A DNA stretch of 64,000 bases from a virus, in the IMG/VR virus record IMGVR_UViG_3300035162_002132. One strand, written 5' to 3'. A model generated the notes under the pieces. That model made no database searches, had not been told where the DNA came from, and saw only the letters and a list, made by a program, of their open reading frames with translations. The position numbers and the translations under genes are program-made. Shown piece after piece: positions 57,338 through 64,000 of this stretch; the first letter of the stretch is position 1, and the number at the start of each line of letters is the position of its first letter.

Positions 57338-59239
57338 ATGAAATTAGGAAATGAAGTTTTAGCAGAAGTTGTAGCGAATATAAAATATGCTAAATGGAAA
57401 GAAGATGAGCAAAGAAAAGAAACATGGGATGAGATTTGCGATAGAAATCGAGACATGCATCTTAAACATATTAGACAGACATTAGATTTAGATACAGATA
57501 ATTCTGTTGTTATAGCAACTAAATTATATGAAGTATATGATAATTTTGTCAAGACTCAAAAGATACTTCCGTCAATGCGTTCAATGCAGTTTGGTGGTAA
57601 ACCAATAGAAGTGTCTCCAAATAGAATATACAATTGTGCATTCTTACCAATAGATAGTACACTATCTTTCAGTGAAGCAATGTTCTTATTACTAGGTGGA
57701 ACAGGTGTAGGTTTTTCAGTACAGAAACATCACATAGACAAACTACCAGTTGTTAGAAAGCCTAGTACTGATAGAACTTACAGATATAAAGTAGCAGATA
57801 CTATTGAAGGTTGGGCAGAAGCAATTAGAGTTCTCTTCGATAGTTATACTGGAAAGAGGACTACAATGCCTAGATTTGATTATTCAGACATTAGACCAAA
57901 GGGTGCTAGATTAAAGACAACTGGGGGAAATGCTCCGGGGTCTGAACCACTAAAGAAATGTGTTGTTATTATACAAGGAATGTTTAATGAAATGGAAGAG
58001 GGTCATAGAATTAAACCCATTGAAGCACACGATATGATGTGTTATATTGCTGACACAGTATTGTCGGGCGGTATACGCCGTTCTGCTTTAATTAGTTTAT
58101 TTAGTGCTGATGATAGAGAGATGATTAATTCTAAATCGGGTAACTTTGCTGCGGAAGGTAATGCTCAAAGGTATAGAGCAAACAATTCAGCAGTTGTTAT
58201 GAGGCATAGAGTTACAGAAGATTTCTTCAAAGAACTAATGGCTAATGTTGCAGATAGTTACTCAGGAGAACCCGGAGTTTATCTAACTAATGATAAAGAT
58301 TGGGGAACTAATCCTTGTGTAGAAATTGGATTAAGACCATATCAATTCTGTAATTTATGTGAAGTTAATGTATCTAACATTGAAAATGAAGCAGACTTAT
58401 TACAACGAGTAGAGGCGGCAACATTCTTAGGAACAATACAAGCAACATATACTGATTTCCACTATCTTAGAGAAGTTTGGAAAAGAAATACTGAGAAAGA
58501 TGCTCTAATTGGTATTGGTATGACAGGTATTGCTAGTAACAAAGTTGAGGATTCATGGTATGTTAAAGCGGCGTTAATGGTTAAAACTGTTAACTCTACT
58601 TATGCTAAATTACTTGATATTAATGAAGCCGCTAGAACCACTTGTGTTAAACCCGCAGGAACAACTAGTTGTGTTTTAGGTACTTCTAGTGGTATTCATG
58701 CTTGGCATAGTAAACATTACATTAGGACTATTCGTATCGGTAAGAACGAAGCAATATATCCTTACTTATTAGAGAACCTTCCTGATTTGGTTGAAGACGA
58801 AATAGGTAAAGAAGATGATAGTGCAGTACTATCTATACCACAAATTACTCCTTACGATGGTGTAATAACAAGGGCAGACGAAACTGCGTTGGAAATGTTA
58901 GAACGAGTCAAATCCGTTGCAGAAAAATGGGTTAAAACAGGCCATCGTAGAGGTAATAATGGTCATAATGTTTCAGCAACCGTTTATGTTAGACCAACCG
59001 AATGGAAAGAAGTCACTCAATGGTTATGGGATAATAGAGGGTCTTACAACGGTATGTCTTTCTTACCTTATGATGGTGGGAATTATGACCAAGCCCCTTT
59101 CCAAGAGATAGATGAAGAGAGATATAACGAGATGGTTAAGATGCTACACCCGATTGATTTGAGTGAAGTTGTAGAACTAGTAGACAATACTAACCTTCAA
59201 GGCGAACTCGCCTGTGCCGGTGGAGCATGTGTAATATAA
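57338..59239 (+). CDS. nrdJ: Class II (AdoCbl-dependent) ribonucleotide reductase, monomeric type
   Basis: LPSMRSMQFGG, NCAF, GTGVGFSV, TNPCVEI, CNLCEVN, VKPAGT, C-terminal CAGGAC. Confidence 0.92.
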   Translation: MKLGNEVLAEVVANIKYAKWKEDEQRKETWDEICDRNRDMHLKHIRQTLDLDTDNSVVIATKLYEVYDNFVKTQKILPSMRSMQFGGKPIEVSPNRIYNCAFLPIDSTLSFSEAMFLLLGGTGVGFSVQKHHIDKLPVVRKPSTDRTYRYKVADTIEGWAEAIRVLFDSYTGKRTTMPRFDYSDIRPKGARLKTTGGNAPGSEPLKKCVVIIQGMFNEMEEGHRIKPIEAHDMMCYIADTVLSGGIRRSALISLFSADDREMINSKSGNFAAEGNAQRYRANNSAVVMRHRVTEDFFKELMANVADSYSGEPGVYLTNDKDWGTNPCVEIGLRPYQFCNLCEVNVSNIENEADLLQRVEAATFLGTIQATYTDFHYLREVWKRNTEKDALIGIGMTGIASNKVEDSWYVKAALMVKTVNSTYAKLLDINEAARTTCVKPAGTTSCVLGTSSGIHAWHSKHYIRTIRIGKNEAIYPYLLENLPDLVEDEIGKEDDSAVLSIPQITPYDGVITRADETALEMLERVKSVAEKWVKTGHRRGNNGHNVSATVYVRPTEWKEVTQWLWDNRGSYNGMSFLPYDGGNYDQAPFQEIDEERYNEMVKMLHPIDLSEVVELVDNTNLQGELACAGGACVI

Positions 59240-59240
59240 T

Positions 59241-59564
59241 ATGTTAATCAAAGAAAAAGATTTCCTTACCTTTGAATATGCGATTAAAGAAAGTGTAAAC
59301 ATCCCTCATAGGGTTCGTATAGATAAGAGTTATAAAATGTATAAACAGGGAAATCTTAGATATAGACAACTATATCACACAATGGAGCGTACTATCGTGG
59401 GAGGTCAAAGTTCTTTCAAATCAATGGAAGAATTGGCTGAACACATAGAACGAAGTGCATGGTATCTGCATAATTATAATGATACTAAATATTGGGAAAA
59501 TAATAATAATAGGACTGATAAAAATGGTAAAAATAAAAATAACAATCCCCTCAGTGGGAGATGA
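59241..59564 (+). CDS. Hypothetical protein
   Basis: 107 aa ORF, coupled. Confidence 0.6.
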   Translation: MLIKEKDFLTFEYAIKESVNIPHRVRIDKSYKMYKQGNLRYRQLYHTMERTIVGGQSSFKSMEELAEHIERSAWYLHNYNDTKYWENNNNRTDKNGKNKNNNPLSGR

Positions 59565-60858
59565 TGCGAGTAATTTCATAACTAGTAGTTTCTTGTTTAG
59601 GTCATCACAAAAAGGATTATTCCCTATGTGGAATAGGATAAAGCGTAATGATGTTATATGTTTTGAGCAAGTAAGACATTCTATGAACAGTTTTGGTGAA
59701 TTAGCATATCAAGTAACTAGGCCAAACCTATCTAACCTTAGAGGTGAACTAGACCCTATACTAACTAACACATCTTCAACAATAAATAACCTATTCCTTA
59801 CTAAAGTACAGGACAGGAACTTCCTAAATACTATTACTTTCAAATATAACGATGGTGAAAGTATTATTATTTATGGTAGGAAAGGTAGTGGACACCATAT
59901 TGATGGTGTTAGAGTTAGTAAGAAAGACCTTACAACTACATTAGCCAAAATAATAATCAGAGGTGCGTTTGTTCGAAGTGTAGATATAATGGATGATTAT
60001 ATTGACAAGGTTATTCACTATCCACCTAATGTATTACATGCAATAGAGAATAGAAGTATTTATTGGTTTTACGAGGCAGGAGAAAAGCACGAGGTATTAA
60101 TTAATACTAAAGTCATTAGTGAAACTGAGTGTGCTTTAGAAATATCAGATGGTATTTGGGGAGCAATAACTCTTAAAGATTTAAACGTCTTCATAAATAC
60201 CTTTAGATTTGGGCAATCTAAATCAAAGACATGGTATAGAGCAAAACCTTCGGTACTATGGTCACTACTAATGGGTAACGAACCAACAGAAATACAAAAC
60301 AAACTATGTATCGCATGGTTGATGCAAAACCGTAAACAAGATATGGTTGAAGATAGAGCAACTAAATTATTACATGATATGGATAGAGAATATCCAAACA
60401 TAACTCTAGTTCAGTTCAGAAACCCAATGAATAAGGCTCTTTATGTCAGAGGTAAAGTTAGTGATTGGGTTATTGTTGATGAAAGAAAGGGTATGAAACT
60501 CGGACATCAAAATGTTAACACCTATATGATTGGAGCAAAGACAGACACTGGCTCTAGATGGCATGGACATAATATTACTGGCCCAATTTGTATTGATAAT
60601 ATTCACAAGAACTCTAGTATTGGCGACCAACTAACTGCTAGAGCATTAGCATTAATGAATGATAGAAACTCTATGGGTAATATATATACAATACGAGACT
60701 ATGTAGTAAACAGACAGGCAATACAGAATGGATGGTCAGAATCAGCATACGATGCTAACTTCCGTATTAACCCTAGTAGTCTAAACTCTTGGTCTAAGCA
60801 AAAAGAACAGAATTACATAACCAAAATGGCTGAATCTGCTAAGACAGGTGGAGCGTAA
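59524..60858 (+). CDS. Large protein with putative C-terminal E2/UBC-like domain (start revised to 59524)
   Basis: HNITGPICIDN resembles the E2 active-site H-x-N...G-x-I-C-L pattern; same operon as E1, JAB and Ubl. Confidence 0.45.
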   Translation: MVKIKITIPSVGDDASNFITSSFLFRSSQKGLFPMWNRIKRNDVICFEQVRHSMNSFGELAYQVTRPNLSNLRGELDPILTNTSSTINNLFLTKVQDRNFLNTITFKYNDGESIIIYGRKGSGHHIDGVRVSKKDLTTTLAKIIIRGAFVRSVDIMDDYIDKVIHYPPNVLHAIENRSIYWFYEAGEKHEVLINTKVISETECALEISDGIWGAITLKDLNVFINTFRFGQSKSKTWYRAKPSVLWSLLMGNEPTEIQNKLCIAWLMQNRKQDMVEDRATKLLHDMDREYPNITLVQFRNPMNKALYVRGKVSDWVIVDERKGMKLGHQNVNTYMIGAKTDTGSRWHGHNITGPICIDNIHKNSSIGDQLTARALALMNDRNSMGNIYTIRDYVVNRQAIQNGWSESAYDANFRINPSSLNSWSKQKEQNYITKMAESAKTGGA

Positions 60859-61742
60859 TGAAATGTATGGAATGTGGCTCAACTGATTCTTCTTTCGATG
60901 ATAGGTTGGGCTACCATATATGTGTTGATTGTGGTTTAGTACTCAATGTTGAAATCTTTGAAGAAAGCCATACTCCTATTGCTAGGGTTGCTGATTCTAA
61001 ATATAATTTAGGTAGTACTATTAGTAATGGTAATTATAAACAGGCGCGTAAACATAGGTTTGAGTTAAACCATTTAAAGTCAGAAGGTAAGACTAAATAT
61101 TGGTCTGAAGGTGATATAGCGGCACACAATATGTGTATGATGTATTTATCTTATTACAGAGATAGAAGTAATATATCTCTTAGAGATAGGGTCGAACATT
61201 ATTATCAGGAACTACAAAAGAATAGAGTATTACTTGGGTTTCCAACTGATGTTAGAGCAGCAGGACTTGCTTATTTTATATTAAAGGATGAAGGTATTTT
61301 TGTGTCTCTTAAGCATTTAGCAAAGTTATCCTTGATTAGTAAATCCAAGATTATGCGAGTAGCCAAGAAAATAGCCAAGTTCTACCGCAAGTCACACATC
61401 TTTTCGCAGCGAAATATACACGAGATAATATCTGCCTGTTTAGATATTGCAGATGGACACAAAACAGATAGAACAGCAATATTCTTATTCGTAGAATACG
61501 TTAATGATTACTATGAGACTATCAACATGCGAATGGGTAATGGGGAAATAGGCGCGGCTATATATATAGCGAACAAAATAACAGGGTTTGGTTTGACCCA
61601 AGAGCAAATACGCAATGCTGTAAACACATCAGACTCCACACTTAGAAGACATGTTGGTTTGATTTGTGTGTTAATAGAAATAGATAGAAGTAAACTACAT
61701 AATTACGAAATACAAGAAATAATAGGAGGAATTAAAAAATGA
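60858..61742 (+). CDS. tfb: Transcription initiation factor IIB (TFB) homolog
   Basis: N-terminal CMECGS...HICVDCGLVL Zn ribbon; two cyclin-like repeats (AAGLAYFIL, GAAIYIA, LTQEQIRNAVNTSDSTLRR HTH). Confidence 0.85.
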   Translation: MKCMECGSTDSSFDDRLGYHICVDCGLVLNVEIFEESHTPIARVADSKYNLGSTISNGNYKQARKHRFELNHLKSEGKTKYWSEGDIAAHNMCMMYLSYYRDRSNISLRDRVEHYYQELQKNRVLLGFPTDVRAAGLAYFILKDEGIFVSLKHLAKLSLISKSKIMRVAKKIAKFYRKSHIFSQRNIHEIISACLDIADGHKTDRTAIFLFVEYVNDYYETINMRMGNGEIGAAIYIANKITGFGLTQEQIRNAVNTSDSTLRRHVGLICVLIEIDRSKLHNYEIQEIIGGIKK

Positions 61743-62329
61743 GAAAAATAATGATAATAGGAACAGGCGGAATTGGAAGTTACTTGGTAGATTTTTTATC
61801 TAGAATTGGTATATATGACATAACAGTGTTTGATGATGATAAGTTAGAAGAGAAGAATCTAACATATCAAAACTTCATGCCTGATATGGTAGGACAAACT
61901 AAAGTTAATGCACTTCAAAACCGATTAAAAGTTAATGGTTTGAAAACCGTGACACAACATGGATTTCAAGTATTGGTAGAAAAACAACTTAAAGGGTATG
62001 ATTTAGTAGTTTGTTGTGCTGACAACCTAGCAGTAAGACGTTTACTATATCGTCAAGGCTATGGAGATAGTGCTAAAATTAAGTGGTTAGATTTGAGAGC
62101 ACAAGGGCGTAATGCTGCATTAATATCATATAGAGTTGATGCTAATCTTGTTGATGATTTATTAGCAGGAGCAGAAGGTTCATTCAGTTGTCAAGGTGGT
62201 GAGTGGGATGGTTCACCTACTGATATTAATTGTATGCATATTGCAATTGCAGGTATTGCAGTACAGTGGATTCAACGATGGTGGCAAAACCATGAGAATG
62301 TTGCTGATAAAATGGTGGTGAATGTTTAA
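61739..62329 (+). CDS. E1-like / ThiF family activating enzyme
   Basis: GTGGIGS, FDDDKLEEKNLTYQ, KVNAL, VVCCADN, DLRAQG, FSCQ. Confidence 0.85.
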   Translation: MRKIMIIGTGGIGSYLVDFLSRIGIYDITVFDDDKLEEKNLTYQNFMPDMVGQTKVNALQNRLKVNGLKTVTQHGFQVLVEKQLKGYDLVVCCADNLAVRRLLYRQGYGDSAKIKWLDLRAQGRNAALISYRVDANLVDDLLAGAEGSFSCQGGEWDGSPTDINCMHIAIAGIAVQWIQRWWQNHENVADKMVVNV

Positions 62330-62559
62330 TGAGAGCCGCTTCAAAGATACATGTAGAATATGAAGTGTTACAGTTTATTATGAATGAAATAGACCTAACC
62401 TTAGTAGAACAAGAGATGTGTCCAACCGGAGATACAGTAGCCATTAAGAGATTTAATGACGGTGCTGAATCTGCTGCGGCTTTAGTAAACAATATGATAG
62501 TTAGAAGACTACATAGATTACCAAAGACTCACCCTGCTTACAAGGAGAAGGGAGAATGA
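62329..62559 (+). CDS. Hypothetical protein
   Basis: Coupled ORF. Confidence 0.65.
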   Translation: MRAASKIHVEYEVLQFIMNEIDLTLVEQEMCPTGDTVAIKRFNDGAESAAALVNNMIVRRLHRLPKTHPAYKEKGE

Positions 62560-62822
62560 AATATATTCATTTCTCAATATTAGATAAGACTCTTTGTGGT
62601 AAAGAGGATGAACCAGTTCCTCAACACTTGGCAGACAGCAGAAGGTTCTGTAATGACTGCGTACAAGTTGTATGGAGGGAACAGTATAGAAGGGACATAT
62701 CTGTGCGACAAGAAATAGTAAGTGAAGAAGTAATAGAAATAAAACAACCTGTGGTAACACCGTTGGTCGAAACGCCTAGACCAATTAAAACATTAAGGCA
62801 TTATTTAAAGGTGGAAATATGA
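62556..62822 (+). CDS. Zn-binding hypothetical protein
   Basis: H...LCG...CNDC. Confidence 0.65.
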   Translation: MKYIHFSILDKTLCGKEDEPVPQHLADSRRFCNDCVQVVWREQYRRDISVRQEIVSEEVIEIKQPVVTPLVETPRPIKTLRHYLKVEI

Positions 62823-63058
62823 GCGAAGAAGAAAGAATAGAAGATGTAGATGAAGGTATGATTGATGAAGTAATTAATGTAATATCTACCGATGGTTATT
62901 ATGAGCAAGCGCAAATAGTAAAGGTTACATGTCCTGTTTGCGGAGAGGAGTTCTTAGGAACTAAGAGACACGCGGGTGGATTTATAGCAGGTCATAGAGC
63001 ATATCACGAATTTATTAATACTTTAGATATGGCAATAGATAACATGGGGGGAATATGA
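62819..63058 (+). CDS. C2H2-like Zn-finger protein
   Basis: CPVCGEEF...HxxxH. Confidence 0.7.
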   Translation: MSEEERIEDVDEGMIDEVINVISTDGYYEQAQIVKVTCPVCGEEFLGTKRHAGGFIAGHRAYHEFINTLDMAIDNMGGI

Positions 63059-63247
63059 ATGACAGAATTAGAAACGATAGAGTGTGTAATTTGTGGTAGG
63101 GATATAGAACACAAAGTACACGATGGAAGAGTGTATTGGACACAAGGAAATAATGCACAACCTGTTGCAGATGGAAGATGTTGCGATAGGTGTGATGTAG
63201 GAATAGTTATCCCTACTAGGCTCAAAAGAGCAATGGGGGGAGAATAA
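63059..63247 (+). CDS. Small Zn-finger protein
   Basis: CVICG...GNNAQPV..GRCCDRCD, a common small phage family. Confidence 0.7.
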   Translation: MTELETIECVICGRDIEHKVHDGRVYWTQGNNAQPVADGRCCDRCDVGIVIPTRLKRAMGGE

Positions 63248-63397
63248 ATGGGAAAGATGGGAAGAAAGTTTCAAGAGATGCGTGATGATTACGAACAAGC
63301 ATTACTTGATGGTAGAATAGAAGAAAGTCTAACGTTTTCTAATTGGATACAGTTAGAGAAAGCGTCAGTAAAACAAAACAAAAAAGAAGAGGAATAA
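63248..63397 (+). CDS. 49-aa hypothetical protein (not in ORF track)
   Basis: GGAG RBS; fills the gap before the JAB gene. Confidence 0.55.
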   Translation: MGKMGRKFQEMRDDYEQALLDGRIEESLTFSNWIQLEKASVKQNKKEEE

Positions 63398-63399
63398 AA

Positions 63400-63909
63400 A
63401 TGGAAAAAGAAATAACAGCAAATGAAGAAGCAATGAAAAACTTTGATTGGAAACAGCACATACGAGATGTGCATGGGGATATGGCAGATGATATAGAATA
63501 TCTGTACCCTAACAATTCAACTGAGGCTTTTCTAACGTCAATATGGAAGATGTCACTAGATGTCTTAGAAGGCATGGAAGTACAAGTAATTGTAGATGAT
63601 AAAGATGATTTATACATCAGCAGTGGCGACCCGTCCTTCGTATCTTTTGAAGGTCATGAAGATGAATTAGTTAATGGCACACCTATGAGAATACCAATTA
63701 AATGTTGGATTCATACTCATCCGTTTGGTCAGGCTTATTTTAGTAGTACAGATTGGTCAACTATTAATACATGGAAACCAATACTTAAATCTGCTATCGT
63801 ACTTGGAGATAATCAATACTTAGCATATAACCCTGAAACTATTCTAGCAAAGAAAGTTTTCTACGGGTTATTACAAGAAGAAGGTTCTAACGGGAGGGAA
63901 GAGGAATGA
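63400..63909 (+). CDS. JAB/JAMM (MPN+) isopeptidase (start revised to 63400)
   Basis: GMEVQ (Glu) plus HTHPFGQAYFSSTD = H-x-H-x7-S-x2-D. Confidence 0.85.
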   Translation: MEKEITANEEAMKNFDWKQHIRDVHGDMADDIEYLYPNNSTEAFLTSIWKMSLDVLEGMEVQVIVDDKDDLYISSGDPSFVSFEGHEDELVNGTPMRIPIKCWIHTHPFGQAYFSSTDWSTINTWKPILKSAIVLGDNQYLAYNPETILAKKVFYGLLQEEGSNGREEE

Positions 63910-64000
63910 GGTTAATTACTTTAGTAACTAATTCAGGCGATACTACTCTAAAAGTAGATGATATTAGTGGGTATTGTGTTAATGAAGAAGCACAAGGTAT
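63906..64000 (+). CDS. Partial ORF running off window end
   Basis: GGAAGAGG RBS, ATGA overlap; MRLITLVTNSGD... Confidence 0.5.
   Translation, partial: MRLITLVTNSGDTTLKVDDISGYCVNEEAQG

Noticed and set aside
36359-59239. Inteins or introns in TerL, ligase or RNR
   Set aside because: These ORFs are uninterrupted, with no excess length in the catalytic cores and no C/S...HN splice motifs seen

Overview
A 64-kb fragment of a lytic, head-tailed dsDNA virus. It has an HK97-type capsid and a siphovirus-like tail (no sheath gene seen), and it almost certainly infects an archaeon. The archaeal evidence is GGTGA/GGAGG ribosome-binding sites, TATA-box promoters about 24 nt before leaderless starts, and a virus-encoded TFB. 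Together with marine-phage-type accessory proteins, this suggests a magrovirus-like virus of Marine Group II/Poseidoniales (host is inference). Layout: 1-46.7 kb is a minus-strand morphogenesis operon (tail fibre, giant tail-tip protein, tape measure, G/GT chaperones with a -1 frameshift, tail tube, adaptor, a small-GTPase/membrane block, MCP, protease-scaffold, ATP-dependent DNA ligase, portal, LAGLIDADG protein, TerL, TerS candidate). 46.8-51.6 kb is an array of short transcription units, each headed by the same dyad element plus TATA box. 51.0-52.7 kb holds two divergent, ORF-free structured RNA candidates around an AT-rich origin-like core. 52.7-64 kb is a plus-strand block with class II RNR, TFB and a ubiquitin-like cascade (Ubl, E2-like, E1/ThiF, JAB). 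Most striking observations: (1) about 13 otherwise unrelated head-region ORFs share an N-terminal M-S/T-W-x-D/N-I-L-K tag that resembles the scaffold's C-terminal helix, a candidate capsid-loading and processing signal with DNA-level cassette signatures; (2) a virus-encoded Ubl conjugation system; (3) an Arf/Rab-like small GTPase next to membrane proteins; (4) the dyad promoter array and the two ncRNA candidates. All product calls come from motif recognition by eye; no database searches were run.
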